Origin: Pseudobacteriovorax sp. | GTDB taxonomy: Bacteria > Bdellovibrionota_B > Oligoflexia > Oligoflexales > Oligoflexaceae | Direction: 5' to 3' | NCBI GenBank assembly: GCA_050293845.1 | Contig: JBNKNM010000017.1 | Coordinates: 1-54,868 of the forward strand | DNA: 54,868 nt | Shown here: piece by piece, positions 29,297 through 39,510 of the stretch | Numbering within the stretch: the first letter of the stretch is position 1 | Layout of the letters: each line of letters begins with the position of its first letter | The notes under the pieces: generated by a model | What the model saw: only the letters and a program-made list of their open reading frames with translations | What the model was told of the DNA's origin: nothing | Databases searched by the model: none | Position numbers and translations under genes: made by a program

Positions 29297-30208
29297 TCAG
29301 GGTCCAATCTTCGCCAAAGCCTTTTCGAATAGATCACCAGCCCGGTACGAGCTTCTGACCAAAGGAGCAGAGGCCACACCTAGAAACCCCAGTTTCTCAG
29401 CTATGTCCGACAATTCTGAAAAAACCTTCGGTGTCACAAATTCTTTAATCGATAAATGACGTCGCGAGGGTCGCATATACTGGCCGATTGTTACAAAGTC
29501 CACATTATGGTCACGCAAATCGTGCAATGCCCTTATCACTTCTTCCTTAGTTTCTCCCAACCCAAGCATCATGGCACTTTTGGTGAGTACGGGATAAGGT
29601 GCCAGTTCTTTTACTATTTTGAGTACTGATAAACTGCGTCGATAGGTTGAACGAGCATCACGCACCCTTGGTGTTAATCGTTCTATAGTTTCAATATTGT
29701 GAGCAAAAACCTCTGGTTTTGCCTCCAAAACCCGTCTTAAGGAAGTTTCCTTAGCCTGAAAGTCTCCGCCAAGGAATTCCAGACGACAAGCCGGACTCGT
29801 CTCGCGAATAGCTGCAAAAACCCGGGCCACATGGGAAGCGCCCCCATCATCTAAATCATCCCGATCAACCATAGTGAGGACAGCATACTTTAAATTCATC
29901 AGTCTTATTGACTCAGCTGTCTTTCGTGGTTCGTCAGCATCAAGCCAACCCTCGGGATTTCCGGTTTTAACATTACAAAACCGGCACGCGCGGGTACAGG
30001 TATCTCCAAGTATCATAAATGTAGCGGTATTAGTGGCCCAACATTCAGAAATATTTGGACATTTTGCTTCTTCACAAACCGTATACAGTTTCTTGGCGCG
30101 CAAATCTTTTTTAATTTTGAAGTAAACGGACCCTGTCGGAATATTTGTTTTCAGCCACTTAGGTTTGTTTATATGCAAATCCTTGCGGTTTTCTGAGTTC
30201 ATGGCCAC
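29297..30208 (-). CDS. lipA: Lipoyl synthase
   Basis: KPKWL, CEEAKCPNISEC, CTRACRFC, HNIET, VRSSY. Confidence 0.97.
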   Translation of the reverse strand: MAMNSENRKDLHINKPKWLKTNIPTGSVYFKIKKDLRAKKLYTVCEEAKCPNISECWATNTATFMILGDTCTRACRFCNVKTGNPEGWLDADEPRKTAESIRLMNLKYAVLTMVDRDDLDDGGASHVARVFAAIRETSPACRLEFLGGDFQAKETSLRRVLEAKPEVFAHNIETIERLTPRVRDARSTYRRSLSVLKIVKELAPYPVLTKSAMMLGLGETKEEVIRALHDLRDHNVDFVTIGQYMRPSRRHLSIKEFVTPKVFSELSDIAEKLGFLGVASAPLVRSSYRAGDLFEKALAKIGP

Positions 30209-30313
30209 AACTTTTTACCTGTCTTTCTAGCTTATCTCTAAAATTTATGATAATTGACAACGCTCGGCGAACTTATCACTCTTTTTTGCCTATTTCCACT
30301 TTAGGATGATGCC

Positions 30314-31486
30314 TTGAGAAAAACAAATGCCACCGCCCCAATCCACGAAACCAAACTCCCATCCCGTCTGATAAGGGCCTGGCAAGACACCGTTATTCAG
30401 ACCGCACGCCTCAAGGGAGTGGAGCGCGATAGTACAGACAAAGCAAAGCTAGAGCAAATTATACGCCAGGAGCATCATAACGTGCGCCAGCTTTGGGAAG
30501 CCTTTACCACCGAGCGTGAGATGTTACCGCGCTATCTCCTTGACCCGAAAAAGCAGACGACTGCATATTTACTCGGTTTTCACCTTCCTAACGCGGCCCG
30601 CGTCTGGAACCTTTTTAGCCGCTTGCACCAGCGCTATGATTTTCAAGAACTAATGCATAACCACCATGCTATCAATCTATGTGACCTAGGTTGTGGAACG
30701 GGATCTATGGGGCATGCGGTAACAGCATTCCTAGGCCTCAAACACCCAGCAAAAACCGTAGAGGTAGGCCTTATTGATCAGCAAGGACCATTTCTAGACG
30801 CAGCCCGCTTAGGCTACAAAAACCTGGAATTTACCAGTCAGATTAAATCGAAAAAAGGAAGCTTAGAGCAAAGCCTAACGATGCTTGCCAAGAATCTTCC
30901 CAATAACAAGCTAAATATAATACTTTTGGGCTATGTTTGGAATGAATTATCCCGCAACCCCAAAGCCCAACGGAGTATGCTGGAGCTACTAGCGCAACAA
31001 ACTCCAAAAGATACAATGATTGTGATTTTAGAACCCGCAAATCAGTATATTTCCCGGGCTGCTATGGAACTAAGAGATCAATTGGTGAGCTTGGATTACC
31101 AATCCTTGTACCCCTGCATCCATTCATCACCTTGCCCCATGCTGTTAAGACCTAAAGACTGGTGCTATAGTGAAACTTCATGGGACCTGCCTGTGGCGCT
31201 AAAAAAGCTGGACCGTTCGATCAATATCAACCGTGAGCGGCTGCGCTATACAGGTCACGTTCTGGCTAGTCCCAGCGTCACAGCGAAGCTCCGGCAACGT
31301 TTTCCCAAAGGGGCTTATCCTATTGTGGGGCTCCCCACCATGAAAGGTAGAGAATCCCATCATTTTGAATATTTGATTTGCCAGAAAGATAAGCTAGAAA
31401 AGTATCCTCGTACGATCACAGCAAAACGTACCTTGCAACGAGGAGCCTTACTTTTCACCAACCCCCTCACTACGAAGAAGACTTAG
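30314..31486 (+). CDS. Rsm22/METTL17-like SAM-dependent methyltransferase
   Basis: DLGCGTG, ILEP, PCIHSSPCPM...DWC. Confidence 0.75.
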   Translation: MRKTNATAPIHETKLPSRLIRAWQDTVIQTARLKGVERDSTDKAKLEQIIRQEHHNVRQLWEAFTTEREMLPRYLLDPKKQTTAYLLGFHLPNAARVWNLFSRLHQRYDFQELMHNHHAINLCDLGCGTGSMGHAVTAFLGLKHPAKTVEVGLIDQQGPFLDAARLGYKNLEFTSQIKSKKGSLEQSLTMLAKNLPNNKLNIILLGYVWNELSRNPKAQRSMLELLAQQTPKDTMIVILEPANQYISRAAMELRDQLVSLDYQSLYPCIHSSPCPMLLRPKDWCYSETSWDLPVALKKLDRSININRERLRYTGHVLASPSVTAKLRQRFPKGAYPIVGLPTMKGRESHHFEYLICQKDKLEKYPRTITAKRTLQRGALLFTNPLTTKKT

Positions 31487-32395
31487 CAATTCCTTAAAGT
31501 TTGCAGGATAGGGGGCTTTGATCTTGATGGAGGCCTGACCGGGAGCAGGCTTTATCATGAGCGACCTGGCATGAAGCAGGTGATGATCTGCGGCCAACTC
31601 CAGCACTTGATCTGGTAAGCTCATCTTCTGTTTGACATATACCTTATCGCCCAAAATGGGATGGTTTTGTTTAGCTAAATGGACCCGAATCTGGTGACTG
31701 CGCCCCGTTATTGGCCGGCACTTGACGTGGGAAAGGGGGTAAGCCGTAAATCTTTCCACTGTATCAAAATAAGTTAAAGACTCCTTGCCCGACCGAGCTG
31801 AGGCTTTAACCATCCCTGTTTTGGGATTAATGGCCGATAACAGGCAAGACATTGAAAATTGATCTTTGCTATGGCCGTAGCATAGGGCTTCATAATGTTT
31901 CTCGGTTTCTCGATCGCGAAACTGCTGCATCAAAAAATCACGACTTGATGCCGATTCGGCTAGGATCAAAACGCCTGAAGTTTCCTTATCCAGTCTATGG
32001 ACCAAAAAAAGTTGATCAGCAGGCTGATTAAGCTGAGCCAGTAGTTTTTTTAAAACTGGTAAAACCTGATACCGGTCGGAGTCGCGGCTAGCCTGCGTGG
32101 GCATCCCAGGGGGTTTATTGATGGCGATGACCCCATGCTGTCGGTATAGTATGTTCTCTTGCCCCAATTGGGCAACCTTTGATCGTTCTTTTGGTATAAA
32201 AGATAGGTGTACGGTGTCGCCAAAGCTAAGGGAGCGAGAAGCAATGCGGATTTTTTCCCCATTGAGGAAAACAAAGCCATCATCGATCAAAGCCTTAGCC
32301 TTACGACGTGAGAGTCCTAACTTGGCTTCAACGATAGCCAAGTCAAGCCTTTTACCTACTAGCTTCTGTTTAACCTGAAAGCTTGCCTGTTTCAT
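31448..32395 (-). CDS. RluA family pseudouridine synthase with an S4 domain
   Basis: RLD...SR S4 motif, NKPPG, HRLDKETSG, TGRSHQIRVH, GDKVY. Confidence 0.93.
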   Translation of the reverse strand: MKQASFQVKQKLVGKRLDLAIVEAKLGLSRRKAKALIDDGFVFLNGEKIRIASRSLSFGDTVHLSFIPKERSKVAQLGQENILYRQHGVIAINKPPGMPTQASRDSDRYQVLPVLKKLLAQLNQPADQLFLVHRLDKETSGVLILAESASSRDFLMQQFRDRETEKHYEALCYGHSKDQFSMSCLLSAINPKTGMVKASARSGKESLTYFDTVERFTAYPLSHVKCRPITGRSHQIRVHLAKQNHPILGDKVYVKQKMSLPDQVLELAADHHLLHARSLMIKPAPGQASIKIKAPYPANFKELLSLLRSEGVGEK

Positions 32396-32520
32396 GCTTC
32401 TCCCTATAATATTGGGTTCTGTTTATTATCATTTTGGCAGACTACAATCTAGTAAAAAGCTGAAAGAGGGCTTTCACAAGTAACTTACATAATTTCAACT
32501 AGTTAAGGATAATACGGTCC

Positions 32521-35055
32521 ATGAAGCCCCAGCGACTTCCCATCGAAGAGAGAATACCAGAAATTTTATCCCATATAGAACAGCACCCTATCACCCTGGT
32601 GCGTGCCGAACCAGGCGCTGGAAAGACCACCAAGCTCCCCCCGGCCTTGATGGATATAGGTCCTACTATTGTTCTTGAGCCACGTCGACTTGCAGCCAAA
32701 ATGGCTGCAATATATATCGCCGATCAAATGGGGATAAGTTGTGGACAAGTTGTGGGTTATCAGGTCCGCTTTGACCAAAAAGTTAGCTCCCATACCTTGC
32801 TACGCTTTGTTACTGAAGGATTATTCCTCCGCCTGCTTCAGGAAGATCCCGAACTGAGGTCCTTCCAACTGGTCGTCCTTGATGAATTTCACGAACGGCA
32901 CCTTGCTACTGATATTGCACTCGCCTATTTACGGTACTTGCAGCAAACTTCACGACCTGAACTACGGATTATTATCATGTCGGCAACGTTCGATACCGGA
33001 GCGCTGCAAAGATACCTAAACCTAGAGCAGAGTTTTTCCATCGAAGGGAAAGTCTTCCCTGTGGACATCCACTATTTACCCTTTGAGGACAAAAAATATG
33101 ATGTAAGTGAGAAGGTATTCATAGCCCTCAAACAGATGGCTGCCAGCAAAAATAGCCAGGGCCATATTTTAGTTTTCCTGACCGGAGTCCAGGAAATCGA
33201 GCGTTGCCGCCATTACCTTAAAGGTAAGCTGGATAACACCCTATATGAGGTGTTTGCACTCTATGCAGATCTAAGCTCCAAGGAACAGAACAAAGTTTTT
33301 GCACCTTCGACGAAACGCAAGGTCATCCTGTCCACCAATGTCGCTGAAACATCTCTGACTATTGCCGGTATCACGGGGGTCATTGATGCAGGACTTGCTA
33401 AAGTCAGCAGCTTTGCCTATTGGAGCGGTTTGCCCACCCTACAATTACAAAAAATAAGTCAATCCTCATGTATCCAAAGGACCGGTCGCGCCGGACGGCT
33501 TCAGCCTGGGACCTGTCTACGGCTATTCAGTGAGCATGACTATCGGAAGCGATCAGCCTACTCCAAAGCCGCCATCGAAAGCTCAGACCTAACCGAGCTT
33601 ATCCTTATCTGCAAACAGCTATGGGGATCAGCAACAAAAATTGATCACATTCAATGGCTCACACCTCCCCCGCCGAAGCATTTGAAAACGGCACTTGAAA
33701 CCTTAGAGGTCCTGGGAGCTATAACTGACCATGAAGAACTCACACCCTGGGGAAAGGACTTGGCAAAGATTCCTCTGCACCCCCGCCTAGCATCCATGCT
33801 CTTAGCGGGCCGGAACCGCGGACTTGCCAGGGAAGCTTGCCTGCTAGCAGCTTTAATCAGTGAAGATTTTATCCTGGATCGGTCCTTTATAGCCACTGAA
33901 TCTGGAGCCTGTGACCTAAGCTTTCAAGGATCTATTTTTCTGAAATGGTGCCATAAGGAGGATCAAGAAACCCCAGCTATCGATCGGGCATTGCAGTACA
34001 AAAAACTTCCCCATGTTCTTAAACTATTTCAATCTTTGTGTCAGATTATGGGCCAGAGCGCGAAGACCCAAGGGATCGTGCTTCAGCCCCAGCAACTGCT
34101 CCCCATCATTTTCGCCGGCTTTCCAGATCGGGTAGCCAAATACCGTCCCCAAGCCAAAAACAAAAAAAATCCGCAGTTGCGATCCTATAACTTTTGTCTA
34201 GGCCGGGGTGGAATCCTTTCCCCTTCATCACAGGTCAAAAATCATAATTATGTGATCGCTTTAAATGCCTACGAAGACCCTACGAAATTTAATGCTGCCA
34301 TCAAGACTCAAATTAGTGTCGCCACAGCAATTACAGAAAGTGAACTAAGAACGCAACCGCACTTTTTTATGAAGAATCAAGAACTAAACTATGACCACAG
34401 TAAGAATACAGCCTATAGCCACCACCAAGAATACTATGGCCGCTTACTGCTAGCTGAAGAGCAGCAAACCATAGATAGCAGTACATTTAAGAGGCTGTTA
34501 GCGCAAAAAATGGTCGCCGACTGGCCCTTTCCTTTTGCCAGTAATGCAGAACTCGAGACATTACAGCAGAAAGTTCTCCTATTAAATCAAGCACAGTATA
34601 GTCATCAGATACCAGATTTTAAGGATGAGTTTTTTGAGTATCTTGTGGATCACATTCTGGACGGCAATGATACAATAGACACCATTTTACAGCGAAGCTT
34701 AGGAGATTATCTCTATGACTTAATTGAATACCCTGATCAGGAACTACTCCGCAGTTGCACCCCTGATAAGATTTCTCTAGGTTCATCGCGATCTTTCAGG
34801 ATTCACTATTTAGGAGAGCAAGCTCCCTATGTGGCAGCACGCGTACAGGATTTTTTTGGACTCCAGGACACTCCTACCATATGTGAGGGGAAAATTAATC
34901 TTACCTGCGTGTTGCTCGCTCCCAATCAACGTCCTACCCAGGTAACCCAGGACCTTGCTGGTTTTTGGCAGGGCTCATACCAAGAGGTCCGTAAGGAACT
35001 GTCCCGCCGCTACCCCAAGCATGACTGGCCGGAAAATCCCTATATCTTAAAGTGA
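32521..35055 (+). CDS. hrpB: ATP-dependent RNA helicase HrpB
   Basis: GAGKTT, DEFHER, SAT, TNVAETS, QRTGRAGR; C-terminal P.QVTQDL..FW..SY..VRKEL..RYPKH.WP. Confidence 0.95.
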   Translation: MKPQRLPIEERIPEILSHIEQHPITLVRAEPGAGKTTKLPPALMDIGPTIVLEPRRLAAKMAAIYIADQMGISCGQVVGYQVRFDQKVSSHTLLRFVTEGLFLRLLQEDPELRSFQLVVLDEFHERHLATDIALAYLRYLQQTSRPELRIIIMSATFDTGALQRYLNLEQSFSIEGKVFPVDIHYLPFEDKKYDVSEKVFIALKQMAASKNSQGHILVFLTGVQEIERCRHYLKGKLDNTLYEVFALYADLSSKEQNKVFAPSTKRKVILSTNVAETSLTIAGITGVIDAGLAKVSSFAYWSGLPTLQLQKISQSSCIQRTGRAGRLQPGTCLRLFSEHDYRKRSAYSKAAIESSDLTELILICKQLWGSATKIDHIQWLTPPPPKHLKTALETLEVLGAITDHEELTPWGKDLAKIPLHPRLASMLLAGRNRGLAREACLLAALISEDFILDRSFIATESGACDLSFQGSIFLKWCHKEDQETPAIDRALQYKKLPHVLKLFQSLCQIMGQSAKTQGIVLQPQQLLPIIFAGFPDRVAKYRPQAKNKKNPQLRSYNFCLGRGGILSPSSQVKNHNYVIALNAYEDPTKFNAAIKTQISVATAITESELRTQPHFFMKNQELNYDHSKNTAYSHHQEYYGRLLLAEEQQTIDSSTFKRLLAQKMVADWPFPFASNAELETLQQKVLLLNQAQYSHQIPDFKDEFFEYLVDHILDGNDTIDTILQRSLGDYLYDLIEYPDQELLRSCTPDKISLGSSRSFRIHYLGEQAPYVAARVQDFFGLQDTPTICEGKINLTCVLLAPNQRPTQVTQDLAGFWQGSYQEVRKELSRRYPKHDWPENPYILK

Positions 35056-35093
35056 AAAACAAGTTTAGTTCGCAGGTTATCACCCCAGTTCGG

Positions 35094-36491
35094 TTAGAAA
35101 TTTTCGCAGTCCGGGTAACGATAACTCATAGAAAATGGATAAGTAAACACTTGACCGAAGGTTTGATCCATCAGTGCACATTGATCAGATGCCCCTCGAT
35201 CCTCATGGACAGCCATAACAGCATCGACTAGCAAGGGTACCAGGTCATCATCGCGGACAGCTGGAACCCGATCTGTTAGCTTGGCTACAAAAGTCTTCAG
35301 GATCTGTAAAATCAGCTTGCCTTTTCGGGAAGGTGATTCATACCCTGCTATCTGTATGCTTTGGTCTAAATAATAAGCCAAAATAGCGCCAACAGTGTGA
35401 ACATCGCTAAAATCAACATGACGACAGGGGTCTGAAGACACTTCAGTAAAATCTCCAGTCCTGAACTTCTTATCACTGCCATCGTTAAGGTAAGGCGAAT
35501 TTACATCGCGATAAGCGAAAGAGCAGGATAGGCTAGCCATTTGCAGCGAGTCGTTATCCATTGTGTAATGGGCTATCAGGTCGGCAACAGCCTCATTGAT
35601 CCCGGTAAATGTATGCTGTTGGGCATAGGTAGCTGCAGCTGAGGCTTGTAACCATCGCTGATGAAAGGGAGCCAGGCTTTGAGAGGTATCATTATAGCCA
35701 AAATAGCTTTTAACGGGGCCACTGAGATAATGATAAAAAATATGATGACCATACTCATGGCTCACGATCCAAGGCACTTCCCAAAAAGAGGCCTGCCAAA
35801 CTTGCCGTTGCTCACTGTCAGTTTTGGACATAGGATAAAATACAAGATACTGAGAAATACCTGGTACCTTATCAGATAGCGCCCAGCCGGCGTTGTCTGT
35901 AATGGCCAATTCGGCGTCTCGCCCCGGTATATTAAAGCGAATATCAGGTAACACTAAAAGAGCTAAACTGCCAATATCGTGGTCGGGATCCACAGAACTA
36001 AGGTAGTGGTAGGTCTTTTCCAATGGTGCTGCAATGCTTAGGGCAGCCCCTTCAATGCTATAACGCGGGTAAGAATGTTCAGGACAGATACGCAGTTTTT
36101 GGGGTGGACTACTGACCTTTGTACTAGCAATACAATCCCCTTCCAGGATCTGCCCCACCTTCAATTTATCGCTGCAGGAATCCTTCACTGTATTGATTTC
36201 TTGAAAGCCATATAGGGTTGAAAACACTACGGGAGAGTTCATGATGTCGGGGGATTGCCAAAACGTTTCCCTATACATCTGAGACTCTACAGCTTTGCCA
36301 TTCCAAGACCAATAACTAAGCCCAGCAAGGCTATCGATACCCGTTGCACATTTGCTATCCACCAGAGGTAGAACGGTTGGCACGTCTAAGTTGCCTTCTT
36401 CAAAATGATCGACCTTAGGATCCGTTTGACTCTTTGAGCAACTATAGAGTAATAGTATTTGTATGTATAAGAGGCTTATTCCTTTTTTCAT
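35094..36491 (-). CDS. Lipoprotein gluzincin metallopeptidase (M4/M36-like)
   Basis: Lipobox LYSC, DNA, SHEYGH, GINEAVAD, DVH..G. Confidence 0.75.
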   Translation of the reverse strand: MKKGISLLYIQILLLYSCSKSQTDPKVDHFEEGNLDVPTVLPLVDSKCATGIDSLAGLSYWSWNGKAVESQMYRETFWQSPDIMNSPVVFSTLYGFQEINTVKDSCSDKLKVGQILEGDCIASTKVSSPPQKLRICPEHSYPRYSIEGAALSIAAPLEKTYHYLSSVDPDHDIGSLALLVLPDIRFNIPGRDAELAITDNAGWALSDKVPGISQYLVFYPMSKTDSEQRQVWQASFWEVPWIVSHEYGHHIFYHYLSGPVKSYFGYNDTSQSLAPFHQRWLQASAAATYAQQHTFTGINEAVADLIAHYTMDNDSLQMASLSCSFAYRDVNSPYLNDGSDKKFRTGDFTEVSSDPCRHVDFSDVHTVGAILAYYLDQSIQIAGYESPSRKGKLILQILKTFVAKLTDRVPAVRDDDLVPLLVDAVMAVHEDRGASDQCALMDQTFGQVFTYPFSMSYRYPDCENF

Positions 36492-36670
36492 AACTTGCCT
36501 TTTTTGAACTCCCAAGTTTACCCTAAAATAGGTTGATAAAGGCTTATTAGCTACTTTTTTTTAAAGGAAATAAAACCCTTTCGTTCATCGTGAAAATATT
36601 ATTAATCCACCGTTCCCAGGTATATGCTGATTTGTATTGGCAGGCCTAGTCCCCCAAGTAGAGGAAGAAA

Positions 36671-38692
36671 ATGAGTGAAAAACGCAACATACTAATAACA
36701 CCTGCTCTCCCCTATGCAAACGGATCTATTCATTTAGGTCATATGGTCGAACACCTTTTGACTGATATATGGAGCAGATATTTTAAGCATCGTGGACACA
36801 ACTGCCAATTCGTCTGTGCCGATGATACCCATGGCACCCCCATTATGCTCAGCGCCAAAATGCAAGGCATTACCCCCGAAGAACTCATCAACCGATCAAA
36901 GAAGGAGCATATTGAAGATTTTAGAGCTTTTGAGGTTCTATTCGACAATTACTCTTCGACCAATAGTGACACCAACCGAGACATTTCAGCGCAGATCTTT
37001 AAGTCCATTGAAAAACGAGGCCATATTGAACAGAAGGTGATTGAGCAAGCTTACTGTGAGCACGACAAAATGTTCCTCCCCGATCGTTTTGTAAAGGGAA
37101 CATGCCCGAAGTGCGAGGCTGCAGAGCAGTACGGCGATGGTTGCGAAATTTGTGGCGCAGTTTATGGAACAGCCGAGCTTAAAGATGCCAGCTGCGCTCT
37201 TTGTGGAAATGCCCCGGTAAAAAAAGATAGCGAACATCTTTTCTTAGTGCTTAATAACTTTAAAAACTATCTTCAAGAATGGCTCCCCAAACATACCGAC
37301 CCCGCCATTACCAATAAAATGAGCGAGTGGTTTGACAAAGATCTGCAAAGCTGGTGTATTTCCCGGGACAAGCCTTATTTTGGATTTGAAATTCCAGGTC
37401 ACCCCGAAAAATATTATTATGTGTGGTTCGACGCTCCCGTTGGTTACATGGCATCATACAAGGAATGGTGTGATTCCCATGGTAAAGACTTTGAAACAGA
37501 ATGGAACCGTCCCGACCGAGAGATTTATCACGTGATTGGCAAAGATATCACTTATCACCATACTTTATTTTGGCCTGCTATGCTCTCAGCTGCTGGCCAC
37601 CAGGGACCCACAAAGGTACTGGTACATGGTATGCTCAATGTCAATGGTGCGAAGATGAGTAAATCCCGCGGTACCTTTATCTTAGCAAGAACCTACTGTA
37701 AACACTTAGACCCTAGTTATATGCGCTACTACATGGCCTGCAAGCTCAACGGCGGTATTGATGACTTGGAGTTGAATTTTGATGACTTCGTAGCACGGGT
37801 AAACTCGGACCTTATTGGCAAAATAACCAACGTTGCCTCCCGGGGGGCCCAGATGCTGCACAAGCTGGATGGAACCATCGGCACCCTTTCTCCAGAGGGC
37901 TTGGCATTGGTGCATCGTGCCCAGCAAGCTTCCACCCTTATTGCTGAGCACTACGAAAAAACCGAATTTTCTAAAGCTGTACTAGAAATAAGAAAAATTG
38001 CCGACGAAGCTAATAAGTACTTTGATAGCTATGAACCATGGAAATTGATCAAGTCAGACCAGGACAAAACAAAAGAGGTGCTAACCACCATTCTTAACCT
38101 ATTCCGGATCATGGCCATTTACCTCAAACCCATTCTTCCGTCCTATGTGGCTAAAGTGGAAACTCTATTTGGAGACGAGCCCTACTGCTGGGACGATGTG
38201 CAAACGATAGTCGAAAACCGTAAAATTGCTGCTTTTAAACACCTTCTTTCGCGGATCGACCCCAAAAAAGTTAAAGCGATCCTCGATGAAACGGCTATGA
38301 TGACTAAAGCGACGCCTAACTCAGGAAAGACCAATAAAGGTAAAGACACTTCCCAGGAACAGGATACAAAGACCATTTCTTTTGATGATTTTATGAAAGT
38401 CGACTTGCGGGTAGCAAAAATCATTGATGCCCAACACGTTTCTGGTGCTAATAAACTATTGCAGCTGACCCTTGATATTGGCAACGAAAGCAGAAATGTT
38501 TTTGCTGGCATTAAATCAGCCTATCGTCCCGAGGATCTTATCGGTCGTCTCACGGTTATGGTGGCAAACTTGGCTCCTCGTAAGATGAAGTTCGGCATGT
38601 CTGAAGGTATGATTCTCGCTGCAGGTGATGGTAAAGATATATTTATACTATCCCCTGATGCAGGAGCCAAGCCCGGCCAGCGTATTAGCTAA
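36671..38692 (+). CDS. metG: Methionine--tRNA ligase
   Basis: HLGH, KMSKS, zinc knuckles, C-terminal tRNA-binding domain. Confidence 0.98.
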   Translation: MSEKRNILITPALPYANGSIHLGHMVEHLLTDIWSRYFKHRGHNCQFVCADDTHGTPIMLSAKMQGITPEELINRSKKEHIEDFRAFEVLFDNYSSTNSDTNRDISAQIFKSIEKRGHIEQKVIEQAYCEHDKMFLPDRFVKGTCPKCEAAEQYGDGCEICGAVYGTAELKDASCALCGNAPVKKDSEHLFLVLNNFKNYLQEWLPKHTDPAITNKMSEWFDKDLQSWCISRDKPYFGFEIPGHPEKYYYVWFDAPVGYMASYKEWCDSHGKDFETEWNRPDREIYHVIGKDITYHHTLFWPAMLSAAGHQGPTKVLVHGMLNVNGAKMSKSRGTFILARTYCKHLDPSYMRYYMACKLNGGIDDLELNFDDFVARVNSDLIGKITNVASRGAQMLHKLDGTIGTLSPEGLALVHRAQQASTLIAEHYEKTEFSKAVLEIRKIADEANKYFDSYEPWKLIKSDQDKTKEVLTTILNLFRIMAIYLKPILPSYVAKVETLFGDEPYCWDDVQTIVENRKIAAFKHLLSRIDPKKVKAILDETAMMTKATPNSGKTNKGKDTSQEQDTKTISFDDFMKVDLRVAKIIDAQHVSGANKLLQLTLDIGNESRNVFAGIKSAYRPEDLIGRLTVMVANLAPRKMKFGMSEGMILAAGDGKDIFILSPDAGAKPGQRIS

Positions 38693-38693
38693 A

Positions 38694-39479
38694 ATGGATA
38701 ATTCTTTCTTGCGGCTACCCGCCTTAGCCGCCATAAGGCGGGTGTTGACCCAAACCCAAGAGCTGGAGCGGCAATGGGATGATCCAGGACATGCCGCACG
38801 CATGACGGCCCTAGCCAAAACGTTAGACATGTGTCGTCATCACCCAGACAATGAAGTTAAGGAGATCGCAGGACTCTTGCGGCACCTTAATAGTGACTGT
38901 AGTCATAAACACTTCCTGGGAGTTTTGGTTCCCCTTGAACGTCAGTTTGCTAAGGGAGTCTATGACCACGACTTCATTCCTCATGAGGGAGATCGCCCCC
39001 CCCAAGAGAAACAGCAAACCTGGCCCATCCTGGTGATTCTCGACAACATCCGCTCAGCATTTAATGTCGGTGCTATTTTCCGCTCGGCAGAGTGCTTTGG
39101 CTGTGAAGGTTTAATTCTCTGCGGTTATACCGCGACTCCCGACAACCCCAAGCTATTAAAGACCACTATGGGCACCGAGCAGAACGTAGCTTGGCAATAC
39201 GAAGCCCATACAGCGAAGGCTATTCGGAATATCAAGGATCAGGGCTATCATACAATCGCCTTAGAGCGCAGCCCTTCCAGTATTTCCCTCTATCAATATC
39301 GGTTTCCTAAGAAAACAGCCCTTATTTTAGGCAACGAGCGCCATGGGCTAGCACCCCATATCATTAAGGACTGTGAAGCGACGACTCATATCCCGATGTG
39401 GGGTTCTAAAAACTCCCTCAATGTGGGAGCTGCTTTCGCCTGTGTTGCCAGTGAAGTGAGGCGGCAATCAGTGGATTGA
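38694..39479 (+). CDS. TrmH/SpoU family RNA methyltransferase with an N-terminal extension
   Basis: LDNIRSAFNVGAIFRSA, LGNE..G, IPM.G.KNSLNV; ATG immediately after the metG stop. Confidence 0.9.
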   Translation: MDNSFLRLPALAAIRRVLTQTQELERQWDDPGHAARMTALAKTLDMCRHHPDNEVKEIAGLLRHLNSDCSHKHFLGVLVPLERQFAKGVYDHDFIPHEGDRPPQEKQQTWPILVILDNIRSAFNVGAIFRSAECFGCEGLILCGYTATPDNPKLLKTTMGTEQNVAWQYEAHTAKAIRNIKDQGYHTIALERSPSSISLYQYRFPKKTALILGNERHGLAPHIIKDCEATTHIPMWGSKNSLNVGAAFACVASEVRRQSVD

Positions 39480-39510
39480 TGCTAACCTGACTAACCTGGC
39501 TCCTAAGCAT

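Noticed and set aside
36520..36670. T-box or SAM riboswitch upstream of metG
   Set aside because: The region is short and lacks the consensus elements.
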